64,000 nt of DNA from Antedon mediterranea (Eukaryota; Animalia; Echinodermata): contig NC_092671.1 in assembly GCF_964355755.1 (NCBI RefSeq), positions 6,014,001-6,078,000 of the forward strand, given 5' to 3'. A program made the translations under genes and the position numbers. Position 1 is the stretch's first letter. Every line of letters begins with the position of its first letter. Under the pieces are notes generated by a model that worked only from the letters and a program-made list of their open reading frames with translations, was not told where the DNA came from and did no database searches. Below, piece by piece: positions 43,069 to 54,063 of this stretch.

Positions 43069-43294
43069 GTGAGTATAGCATGCCCTCGGCATTGGTTAGT
43101 GACAGGAAATGCTACAACGGTTCTTTACATAATTAAGTGATAGTGTTTTGAAAATAGCATTTAGATTTATAAACACAGATATGAAGAAGATGTTTTTAAT
43201 GCTCACAGATGCACTTGCTCTATGGTCATTTCAATCATATAATATTTATACATTTGGCTCATGTGCACTTTCAAGAACATAGTACATTTATTTT

Positions 43295-43470
43295 AGATGA
43301 GTAGGGGGTTACCCTGGTGTACTAGTAAGCACATGCCACTGTCACATAGCTGGGCTCTCTGGGAGAACAGTCTTTGACTAAAGAGGTCACTCATTAGCGA
43401 GACACACGTCATTCAGGCGACAGTGGGTTTCCCGATTTTGAGCCAGCATACCGAATAAATAAAATAAAAT
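43295..43470 (+). mobile_element. 5'-truncated SINE-like remnant (Deu/Nin-domain-like)
   Basis: A GC-rich island in an AT-rich intron. It begins GAGTAGGGGGTTACCCTGGTGT, which resembles the DeuSINE core as recalled from memory, and ends in an (AATAA)n tail. Confidence 0.45.
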
Positions 43471-43608
43471 TATATAAAAATATTATAGGGTTAGCGTTAT
43501 ATATACCTGATGACATTTTTTTGTAATTTTCTATGATATAGTAATATCCAGAGGATTTCTTTCCACTTTTATTAGCTATTGAATACTATATAAATGTTTA
43601 TATTTCAG

Positions 43609-43826
43609 GTTTATTAACGGAAGAACAATGTAAATCAAAACGACAACGAAAAATGCTTAAAAAACAGCAACAATCCTTTGACCTACCATCTCCGCAGCAG
43701 AGTGGCGAAGACATTAGCGCCACCGTCTTTCAACTATCTGACGATCAACAACTGATTATAGAAACGTTGGTGAATTCACACAAAGAGTTAGAAATTCCGG
43801 GACCGGAGGACTTGCATAAAGTTACA
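43609..43826 (+). CDS. NR1H: NR1H receptor exon 4: C-terminal extension/hinge and LBD helix 1
   Basis: Acceptor TTTCAG|GT and donor ACA|GTAAGT. Encodes CLLTEEQCKSKRQRK...LSDDQQLIIETLVNSHKELEIPGPEDLHKVT. Confidence 0.93.
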
Positions 43827-45149
43827 GTAAGTAAATTTGTAGCTCTTCCTTAAACCTATCTCCCGCCCCCTGATAAACGTATTTGTATTGGTGGTATATG
43901 ATCAGTTGCACAAGGTATGCTTTAATGGTAATCTCATGTATTAAATTGTTCTAACAAATTTATTCTTTATTTGTTTTTACTTTATTGTTCTTATTGTCTG
44001 ATATTTTAAAATTCTAAGTTAAAAAATATAACATTTTTAAAAACTTTTTCTAAAAATAAATCCATTTAAAATTTTGAGATTTTCAAATATTGGTTACAAT
44101 ATTTATTCTATTGCAATTTATTTAAATCCCAATAAATTTAAAATTAAAAAATTTTTTAAAATAAATAAATCCATTTAAAATGTTGGTAATACAAAATTCA
44201 TTCTATTGCAATTTGTTTAAATCTTAATAAAACTTAATTTATGCCATTTTGAATGAAATTATAATAATAACTTTATTGATTGTGGTTATATTATATCAAT
44301 TAAAATTGTAAAATGTTTATTCTAATGCTATTTGTAATTTTTTAGTCTAGTAATTTCAGTAATTGTCTAGTAGTTTACGCTTTATATGTATTGGTGGACA
44401 GTAGTGGTGGTGGTGTCTAACTATTCTTATCAATATTGATGCTATGCTTGGCTTTATATTATTCCTTGTACACAATATAAACACCTACTATAACTAATTA
44501 TTAAATAATGCGTGTTCATTTACATAAAGTTGACGCCAAACTAGTTTGTTTAGTGTAAATATAAATAATATTTTATATATTATAAAATATATTAATAAAT
44601 ACAGTTAGTTGATGGTAGATGTTTTTGTGCATTATACTAAGAATTACTTTTTATAAAAATCTACCGTTACTTAAAAAGAACTTTATCAAAATATCTTGTT
44701 ATTTTTTTTATTCAGAAAAAATATTAAATTTATTAGAATTTATTTCTAAAATGTTAACACAATTTATAAAGATAACTATTACATAAATGAGAATTGCCAA
44801 CTAAATTAATAAATAGTATTTTATGACTATTTGACTAAATTACTGAATGAAAATACAAATAGCCTTTTTACCATTATATCTATGGATTGCTTATTACTTT
44901 TGTTTTTCTTATTTTTTAATGATTAAATCACAGCTTTACACTCTACCTACACAGGTTTACTTTCTTGCAATATAACTTTATATGTTTCTTTACAAAGTGT
45001 AGTTTCTTTTGTAAATACAAAAATCACTTAGTTTTACAAGAAATATTTATGTCACACTTTCTGTTTCCTTTGTTTTTTGTGTGTCTTTTTTTCCTTCGTT
45101 TGTGTCTGTGGCACTTTTGCTTCAACTTACTCTTTGTTTTGTCAATCAG

Positions 45150-45200
45150 CCGTGGTTAGAGACCAATAACTGGAAAGGGAAATTACAAGGTACAACCGAG
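45150..45200 (+). CDS. NR1H: NR1H receptor candidate 51-nt cassette exon (PWLETNNWKGKLQGTTE)
   Basis: Long polypyrimidine tract plus ATCAG acceptor, donor GAG|GTGAGG, phase 0-0 and no stop. Starts PWLE like the next exon. Four TGCATG motifs lie downstream. Confidence 0.62.
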
Positions 45201-46430
45201 GTGAGGTTCATGAATATTAATATCATAATTTGCATGCATGTGCTTTTTTATTGCATGTTGATTTTTTTTAACCGCCCTCTGTTGGTGGTATATCATGGTG
45301 AGTAAATCTTTTTTTTTTCATGCATGACCCGTTTCGCCTGTTAACATTTATACAGTAGAATTTTGCTCATTTACATATTATATTTTTCCTTTGTAATTCA
45401 ATTCATGCACAACAATGGAATGAAACTATATCATGATTTATGCATAATTATGTGTGTATTGTCTAACACTAAAATAACTATATAGTACAGAACACATAAA
45501 TTAACATAATAATATTAATAGGAATGTTTGCCATTTATAACAAATTTCATTTCATGCCATCATGTGTTATTATGTAACAACCTGAATCATTAATGCTCAG
45601 AGGTTACAAGTTGAATTTACTGTGTATGTGTGAATGCTTTTCTGATTCTATCAAAGAGAAGTGGTCGAGTGGGTGCATATCCACTTAAATATTACAAGAG
45701 AGATGAATATCACATACATTTATTTAGATTAGACCATAATACATATTAGAATACCTGTATTATGAAAGAGATGTAAAGTGGTTTTCAAACATGAATGTTG
45801 TACAAAGTGAAATGCAAATTAACCATTTTATACTAAATCCTCCAAAAATGAGCTTGACACTGAGGTTTGAAGGACACCAATATGTGTGTGATATTGTTTA
45901 ATCATATTAATAGCAACAAAAAAGCTTTGTTTATTCATTATAAAATATTTGCTATCAACATACTTACAACAAATTATAAATGTATCCACTATGATTCAAT
46001 AGGAAGAATGCTTTCATATTTAACCTATGACCTTTGACATCATCCTCTGCATGTGTGTGCATCAATTTCATGTTACCATGAATTCAAGCATCTTTTGAGA
46101 TTTCTTTGCTACAAGCAATGCTACATTGTTAAATTAATGTCTTTTTACAGGTTTGAGTTTGAATGGTAACAATACCATTCTACAGTTAGATTAAAGGATC
46201 TTCCAATCCAATGTAAATACATAATCTCTGAAAGGTTAGACAATTCCCAGAAAATCACAACCAAAAAATTCATAGAATTCTAAGGACACACAATTTTTTT
46301 GTAAAGAAAAATTAAATTTTACCATATTTTACATAGAAATAAATGTTATGTACAACGTACATGAAGAGGCTTTATGTACAGCTTTTGTACTTGTAGTATT
46401 ATTAAATAATTCATTTTCTTTTTTTCTCAG

Positions 46431-46637
46431 CCTTGGCTTGAAAGTCAACAACAAAATAATACTCCTCTCCCGTCAACTCTTCCCAATTTACAAAAAGTGG
46501 ATGGAGAAGCGCTTCAATGCCGTTTTGCACATATTACAGAGCTTACTATACTCACAATTCAGCTGATTGTAGAGTTTAGTAAAAAGATACCAGGATTTTT
46601 GGAACTCAGTCGTGAAGACCAGATAGTCCTTTTAAAG
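46431..46637 (+). CDS. NR1H: NR1H receptor exon 5: LBD helices 3-4
   Basis: Acceptor TTTCTCAG|CC and donor AAG|GTTTGT. Encodes PWLESQQQ...RFAHITELTILTIQLIVEFSKKIPGFLELSREDQIVLLK (nuclear receptor signature), in a different frame from the listed 46348 ORF. Confidence 0.95.
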
Positions 46638-46836
46638 GTTTGTTTTTATATTTGTTAATTTTTTTTTTTTTTAATTCACTATTTCACCCAGAGGCTCCGC
46701 ACAAGGCAAAGCCTTAGTCTCGAGGAGCCTCTGCCACATATAACAATTTATTCAAACCTGTCCTGACCCTAGTAGTAATTAAAGGTAACCTATGACTGAT
46801 TTTATCTCAATGGTTCTTTTTTTCTTTTTACAATAG

Positions 46837-47062
46837 GGTTCTGCTATTGAAATTATGCTGTTGCGTACTGCTTTAAGGTACGATGTGGAGAATGACGCTA
46901 TTATGTTTGGTAATGAACAGCCTTACACACGAAAGCAGCTTCACGATGGCGGAATTGGAGATCTTGTTGATCCTATGTTTGATTTTGCAAAAGGGATGTC
47001 CGAGTTGGATTTGGATTATACTGAATATGTCCTGTTAATGGCAGTTGCTATACTCTCTTCTG
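46837..47062 (+). CDS. NR1H: NR1H receptor exon 6: LBD helices 5-8
   Basis: Acceptor CAATAG|GG and donor CTG|GTAGGT. Encodes GSAIEIMLLRTALRYD...DYTEYVLLMAVAILSS. Confidence 0.95.
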
Positions 47063-47070
47063 GTAGGTAG

Positions 47071-48371
47071 TTTTACAGAATATGTTCTGTTAATGACAGT
47101 TGCTATACTCTCTTGTGCTAGGTAGTTTATACTGAATATGTTCTGTTATGGCAGTTGCTATAGTACTCTCTTCTGGTAGTTTATACTGAATATGTTCTGT
47201 TATGGCAGTTGCTACAGTACTCTCTTCTGGTAGTTTATACTGAATATGTTCTGTTATGGCAGTTGCTATAGTACTCTCTTCTGGTAGTTTATACTGAATA
47301 TGTTCTGTTAATGGCAGTTGCTACAGTACTCTCTTCTGGTAGTTTATACTGAATATGTTCTGTTAATGGCAGTTGCTACAGTACTCTCTTCTGGTAGTTT
47401 ATACTGAATATGTTCTGTTAATGGCAGTTGCTACAGTACTCTCTTCTGGTAGTTTATACTGAATATGTTCTGTTAATGGCAGTTGCTACAGTACTCTCTT
47501 CTGGTAGTTTATACTGAATATGTTCTGTTAATGGCAGTTGCTACAGTACTCTCTTCTGGTAGTTTATACTGAATATGTTCTGTTAATGGCAGTTGCTACA
47601 GTACTCTCTTCTGGTAGTTTATACAGAATATGTTCTGTTATGGCAGTTGCTATAGTACTCTCTTCTGGTAGTTTATACTGAATATGTTCTGTTAATGGCA
47701 GTTGCTACAGTACTCTCTTCTGGTAGTTTATACAGAATATGTTCTGTTATGGCAGTTGCTATAGTACTCTCTTCTGGTAGTTTATACTGAATATGTTCTG
47801 TTAATGGCAGTTGCTACAGTACTCTCTTCTGGTAGTTTATACTGAATATGTTCTGTTAATGGCAGTTGCTACAGTACTCTCTTCTGGTAGTTTATACTGA
47901 ATATGTTCTGTTAATGGCAGTTGCTATACTCTCTTCTGGTAGTTTATACTGAATATGTTCTGTTATGGCAGTTGCTATAGTACTCTCTTCTGGTAGTTTA
48001 TACTGAATATGTTCTGTTAATGGCAGTTGCTACAGTACTCTCTTCTGGTAGTTTATACAGAATATGTTCTGTTATGGCAGTTGCTATAGTACTCTCTTCT
48101 GGTAGTTTATACAGAAAATGTTCTGTTAATGGCAGTTGCTATACTCTCTTCTGCTAGGTAGTTTATACAGAATATGTTCTGTTAATGGCAGTTGCTACAG
48201 TACTCTCTTCTGGTAGTTTATACTAAATATGTTCTGTTACTTTATACTGAATATGTTCTGTTAATGACAGTTGCTATACTCTCTTCGGGTAGGTAGTTTA
48301 TACAGAATATTTTCTGTTAATGGCAGTTGCTATACTCTCTTCTAGTAGGTAGTTTATACAGAATAAGTTCT
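47071..48371 (+). repeat. Minisatellite, 52-56-bp unit, ~24 copies, derived from the exon 6 3' end plus donor site
   Basis: Unit TTTATACTGAATATGTTCTGTT(A)ATGGCAGTTGCTA(C/T)AGTACTCTCTTCTGGTAG matches exonic/donor sequence 47016-47070. Confidence 0.97.
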
Positions 48372-48584
48372 CCATTATGATATCTTATTAATAGCAAAAC
48401 AGTGATAAATACCATGGGTTTTTTTTTGTGTACTACATTCCAAATTTCAACCTGCAAAGCTTGTCTTAATTGAGTAACAATTTTGTAACTTGAGGTACAC
48501 ACAATGTGCTAAACTTGGCATCCATATATGTACATTTAATTTATTTTCATTATTCATTTATGAATGTTTGCTTCTTTTCTTCAG

Positions 48585-48826
48585 ATCGACCGTCTGTACA
48601 AGACAAAGAAAAAGTTGACGAAGTCCAAGAGGGTTATCTTGAGATTTTAAGATCATATTTACGTATACGACGACCAAAAGAGACATTATTATTACCAAAG
48701 GTTTTGATGAAACTTACAGAATTAAGGACACTAAACAACAGTCACTCAGAGCTATTGTTTCAGTTAAAATTAGCTGATCAAAAGATTCCTCCGCTGCTGT
48801 CTGAGATATGGGATGTAAACGCTTAA
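48585..48826 (+). CDS. NR1H: NR1H receptor exon 7: LBD helices 9-12 and stop
   Basis: Acceptor TTCTTCAG|AT. Encodes DRPSVQD...LMKLTELRTLNNSHSELLFQLKLADQKIPPLLSEIWDVNA-stop. Confidence 0.96.
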
Positions 48827-51579
48827 TGTCCAGCGCCCTCTTTGAACATGATGACGGTACATGCATATTGTGTTTTGTAGCATTGGCTTTCAAAATGAAT
48901 ATTGAATGATGGGAAGACTTGTCTCTCTCCAAGAAGAAGTAGTAAACATCAGATTTATTGACAGCAGAGTTTTCGGTCTTGTTGTTGAAGAGCATGAACA
49001 AGTCTCTCTCTGCTCATGAGGGTTTAACAAAGGTGTATAAAGTTTTAAGATGTACAGATGAGATTTAGCCCTCAGTAGATTTTTTTTAAATAATGACCTA
49101 TTTGACATAAAGAACCTTCTAACTGTTACTCATACTGGTAATTTCTCAATATTCTATTTTAATCATATTTTAAACATTCTTTTCATCAAACTATTTTCTT
49201 TCTTTTCAAACTATTTTCTTTCTCTTCAATTTGGATTGAAACTTTATAAAACAAACTTTCTTACAAAGTATTTGTAGGTGTATGTAATCTAATTATTACT
49301 GTAGAAGTGAGTAAATGGTTACATCTATCGGCACACTATACTATGAGCTTTGCATATTCAAAGTTCCGGTTCACTCCAAATTTTTTCTGCCATCAATGTG
49401 ACAAATTTATCACAATGTACTAAAAGCATTTAATATTATTTTTTTAATAAAGATATTTAATTTTTTGTAATTATTATGCTTAGACAAATGTAATTGACTA
49501 TTAAGCATAGTTCTAAACAAATTCTTAGTTGAAAACAAAAAACAGTAAGATATATATGAATAATAGAATTTTGAGAGGAGATGATATCCTTAGCTTTTAT
49601 AATAGGTAAAAATCCACTGAATAACAAAACAATGTTTAATTGTTTAATTATCCTAAATTAGTTTTTTGATAATTATTAGCAAAGTTAATGGAGGACTTGG
49701 TGTGGCCAATCCATATCTTTTTGCATGTGTAATTGTTGAGTGACTGTAGCCAGGAAGAAAATGTGCGAAAATCCAAAGATTTGCATACAAAATATACACA
49801 TGTTAATAGTTATGGTATCAAATAATAAAACAAATAACACACACACAATTTCTATGTTTGCCAAAACATATTTAATTTTCAAATGCTAATTTAGTGCCAC
49901 GAAATATCTACTTCTATATCATTTAGATTCTCTGTATTTCTTTATAGTATACCAAATATCTGAGAAAGCAAATTATTAAGTATGTGTATATTATGTATTG
50001 TTTGATAGATATCTATATTTCATTTTTATTTTATCTTCAAGTGTAATGTTTTCTGTCCATTATTTTTATCTGCCTAATTCTCCCATTTTTTGCTGCAACA
50101 ATTTTCTTTAAAAAAAAAAAATTATTACAGAATTCATGTATGAGAGTGTGTGAAATTTATTGCAGAACTAATGTTATTATAAAAGTACAGAGAATTCTGT
50201 AATTGTTAATTGTAAATATTGAACAAATTGTTTGTAAGAATAGAATTCAGTTTTTAAATAAAACAAAAGTTTAGCTATAAAAGAATGATGAATGTGAGCC
50301 GGGAATTATTTGGAATGATTTTCTAGAATTCCTGTTTCAATATAGTTTCAAATTGTTCAGGCCGAGTTTAAGTCTTCATTGTCTTGATTTTGAGTTTATA
50401 GGTACTGTTTATTTTCTATATCATTTTTAGAATTTTTAAAGAGCAGCTAATTTACTTCAATAACAATGTAGATTGTGATTATGAAATATTTTCTTAAGTA
50501 TCAAATTGATTTTTAATTAAAGAAAAATGGCTTTAACAAGGTGCAAATAACGCCATCAAAGGCATAAAAAATGGCGTTTAGTTTTTAAATTCCTAAAAGA
50601 CCGTTTGCAACACTGTCAGCTGCCAAATTCTATTAATGTAATATCTCCAATGTTTCTTCTTTTCTTTAAAGAAAGTATGGGCAATATGAGCATATTATAT
50701 TTAAAAACTCTTACAGTTGTTCCATAATTGAGATATAATATCTCTATTATACAAAGGCAGGGAAAAAAACTGGGGATTTTTAAAATTGCACATAATTAAG
50801 TTAATGGAGAGCCCCATGTGATTCAAAGTATTTCCACATCCCACACGAATGACTAATGAGCGCTCAGAGGAGGGTTGTCAGGGGCCTTTTAGCCCCACTG
50901 TCCCACACCCCAAACAATCTTACGCATACCCAAGCCACCCCTCAAAACAAATGTCAACTGATTTACACCAGTAATCTCAATTACAATAAATAAAATGGTT
51001 TGTAGTTGACATTTAGGAGGATTTTATAATAGAATAACCTTTGAACAATCTCAACCATCTGACTTGTTGATTGATTCTAAACTGGATTTGTGCTAAGTGG
51101 CACCCACTGTATCAATAAAACAGCTTGATTTTTTATAGAGAGTATTAATTATGGTTTTGCTTGATAAAGTCCAAAGTTTGTCAAATTTAATTTGAGACCA
51201 TATCATATCGTACAGTTTGGAGCAAAGGTTTTTTTAATTTGTCAAAATATATCATAGTTTTTTAATCGAATGTTTATTCATTTCTTAGTGTGTTATCTTC
51301 GTTACCTATATCATCACCCACAAGTGTTATTATTTGATGATTTGGACGCCACGAGGGTGTCAAAATAAATGAGTGATGGTGTACATTTATTTGTTGACTT
51401 TAGTTTTATTTTTTTAATTGTTTATTTTAACATAAGAATCAATAGATGGTTCCACGAAGAGCGTTATTCAGCTTGTACTTGTTTCTGTGAACTGATAATT
51501 TATATAACGATTTTAAGATTTCAAATAATTGAAAACCTGATACAGAAGTTACTGGCACTTATTAAGGCCTACAAGTGGT

Positions 51580-51760
51580 CAGTGGTGTAACGGCTATGAA
51601 CACTCTCTGGCCTGGAGGTTATGGTGGCCCTGAGCAGTTCTGGGATGAAAAAAGACATTAAAATAAGTCGAAAAAGGTTATAAACGTCCGAGGCTTCCAG
51701 CGTTGGAGGGCCACTTAGGCTTCCTAAACCAGGGCCTCAGACCTCTGTGTTACGTTACTG
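51580..51760. mobile_element. Decayed hAT-like MITE
   Basis: Termini CAGTGGTGTAAC ... GTTACGTTACTG resemble the 28586 element; no clean TSD. Confidence 0.5.
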
Positions 51761-52219
51761 ACTGGTAGAATACACAGTAATGGGTAAATGACAACCATTG
51801 TTGTGAAGTAGCAATTTGGGATAGCACCTTAATCTGATGTGCCCTATCCGGCATTTAAATGTCATACCAATTTCTAATAGTTCACACATAGTCATTCTGT
51901 TGTGGACAGACACTAGAGAGACAGACCCTTAGCGGAGAAGCATGTACAGTAGTACCAAAAACAATGGTAGTAGTCCACAGTGCCAAGAGCAATGATGAAT
52001 GGCACTATCCAAAATGTACACATCATCATCATCATACTTTTTGTTCTACTTTAAAGGCCGCAAGGCATGGCTCTGTATGTATAAATCTATTACTACAAAG
52101 TCATTGCTGCAGTTGGCCGACATTTAAACAAAAATTGGTGTATATCAACATTCCTGCCATGACATTCACACACATTGTTTGATTTGGATTTCTTGGTAGA
52201 ATCAAACAGTGTATCAAGA

Positions 52220-52246
52220 CAGGGAGTTGTATTTTACAACTCCCTG
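52220..52246. mobile_element. 27-bp palindromic insertion with 7-bp TSD (P-like footprint or ultra-small MITE), copy 1
   Basis: ATCAAGA|CAGGGAGTTGTA-TTT-TACAACTCCCTG|ATCAAGA. Confidence 0.75.
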
Positions 52247-52984
52247 ATCAAGATGTGCTGCTCCATCTGTCAGGACTAACCAACTTATAAGTTCACCTTG
52301 AAATTAATATATAAAGCTTAGCATTTCTGATATTCTTTTTGCCCATTTTAAATTGTTCAGATTGCTGAAATATTCATGTAAAACATGTTGTACAAAATAG
52401 ATCTACACACTGGGAAAATGGTTGGGAAGTTTGGTACAAAATGAAAGGCCACATTTTTTCTCTTTGTAGTAAAACTATTGACATTTGTGGTCCCTCAATA
52501 TATGCTTTTCATACTTTAATATTCAACTTTTGCACAGACGATTTTGATTTAAAAAATCTTATTTTTCTAAAAAAAACCTATATTTTTCATACTACCTAAA
52601 GTGACTAGATTTAACTATGTCGGCTGCTAGGTCATTAAAAAAAACAGGTCAGGTGATCAAATCCATTTGACCTTTACGACCTCAGAGTCAATGCTGTCCT
52701 GTTTTTTTGCTCTTAAAACTATGCTCATCTGTTCAATAAAACACAGAATTTTACTTCTGAGAAAACTTTTAATGATCATTATCGATTTGTAGCCGCCATT
52801 ATAAATAAATAGCTTGATCCTAGAGTTCTGTAGTAAAACTTAGAATCATAAAATTGTAGAAGTAGGTCTGAAATTCTGACACATATCTCAACAAATTTAA
52901 GAAGTGACTTTATTTAATTTTAGCATTGTAAATTTTGTATTTAAATTTACTTTTCTTTATCCTTCAGTCTTCTAGTAACTAACC

Positions 52985-53215
52985 CTCTATGATCTGATCA
53001 TAGAGGTTTACCACCATAGTCAGATCATAGCGCTATACCTCCATGGTTAGATCATAGATGTATACCGCCATAGTTAGATCATAGAGATATACCTCCATGG
53101 TCAGATCATAGAGGTATACCTCCATGGTTAGATCATAGAGTTATAATACCTCCATGGTCAGATCATAGAGGTACCTCTATGACCTGATCATATAGGTATA
53201 CCCCCATGGTCAGAT
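52985..53215. repeat. Minisatellite, ~27-bp unit, ~8 copies
   Basis: ACCTCCATGGT(C/T)AGATCATAGAGGTAT repeated, between the two convergent genes. Confidence 0.9.
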
Positions 53216-53448
53216 TGGTCTCATATATTGTTTAAATGCTCCCTGTTTGAACAAGGTTCAGTATTTATTGATGCAAAAAAAACTATAAAAACATATATTA
53301 TCAAAGGATTTATTTATCTGAAAATAATATTACAGTTTCTGTATAGCATAAATATCTTCAAAAATATATTTCTGCGGGTTATAAATTACATACAAATATC
53401 ATAATTATTTAGATATGTTGTCCAGTGGCAGAGTTTACATGCTTTAGT

Positions 53449-53475
53449 CAAGGAGTTGTAAAATACAACTCCCTG
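53449..53475. mobile_element. 27-bp palindromic insertion with 7-bp TSD, copy 2 (inverted)
   Basis: CTTTAGT|CAAGGAGTTGTA-AAA-TACAACTCCCTG|CTTTAGT. Confidence 0.75.
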
Positions 53476-53841
53476 CTTTAGTCTTGTTATAGGCCTAAAG
53501 CTAGGTGTCTGCCTGCAGTCACACTATCAATGCCATAAGCTATTCAGCCTAAAACAATATATATATTTAAAATATATACACTACCGTTGCACACATTTTA
53601 AACCCATCAGTGACATCCAATATAAATTTCACTGTATAAACCTATTTCTCTTTACAATTATTTACATCAAATTCCAATTTTTTGTTTGCGCCGCATACAG
53701 CCTTGTTATATACAGTCTTGTTATATACAGTCTGATGACATCACTCGGATCTACTTCTATTCTGTTGTCATTAATGCAATGAAAGTTTTTTTATTTCCAA
53801 TATGTACAGGTTTTCTAAAGTAGCTAATGTACAGAGCTGAT

Positions 53842-53979
53842 AGTCTATCTACACAAAAAAACTAGTCTGACATAAAAAGTTTGATGTGCCCAAATATGGT
53901 AGTGATATGACATCATCATGTCCATATATGGGCGCATCACATTTTTATCACATCAAGTTTGAGACAGTATAGACAGAGT
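53842..53979. mobile_element. Same MITE family, copy 4 (degenerate), ~85 nt past the minus-strand stop codon (probable 3' UTR)
   Basis: Shares GATGTGCCCAAATATGGTAGTGATATGACATCATCATGTCCATATATGGGCGCATCAC and decayed TIRs. Confidence 0.72.
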
Positions 53980-54063
53980 TTTAGACTATTAGAAACAACA
54001 ATAATATATTATTCATAGCTCTGCAAATGAGTTTGGCTTTTTTTTACTTTATCGTCTCATAGC

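Larger units (their letters stand above)
2965..48826 (+). other. NR1H: Spliced gene: NR1H-subfamily nuclear receptor (ecdysone receptor / LXR / FXR-like), ~450 aa, 7 coding exons
   Basis: The joined exons give an uninterrupted 1353-nt CDS. It has a C4 zinc-finger DBD ([28 protein letters not shown]...[10 protein letters not shown]-box EGCKG) and a complete LBD ending in AF-2 PPLLSEIWDV. All introns are GT-AG with matching phases. Exon 1 is less certain than exons 2-7. Confidence 0.93.

Noticed and set aside
43069-43085. Vertebrate FXR-type MYTG alternative donor 12 nt into the intron
   Set aside because: There is no GT at +13 (GTGAGTATAGCA|TG), so no equivalent 4-aa insertion.
47071-48371. 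Possible CRISPR-like array or repeated coding exons
   Set aside because: There are no spacers, units of 52-56 nt mostly break frame or contain stops, and a TAG follows exon 6 directly.
52668-52682. DR3-like TGACCT-tta-CGACCT, and everted repeats near 18262 and 22591
   Set aside because: Isolated imperfect matches are expected by chance in 64 kb, and there is no promoter context.
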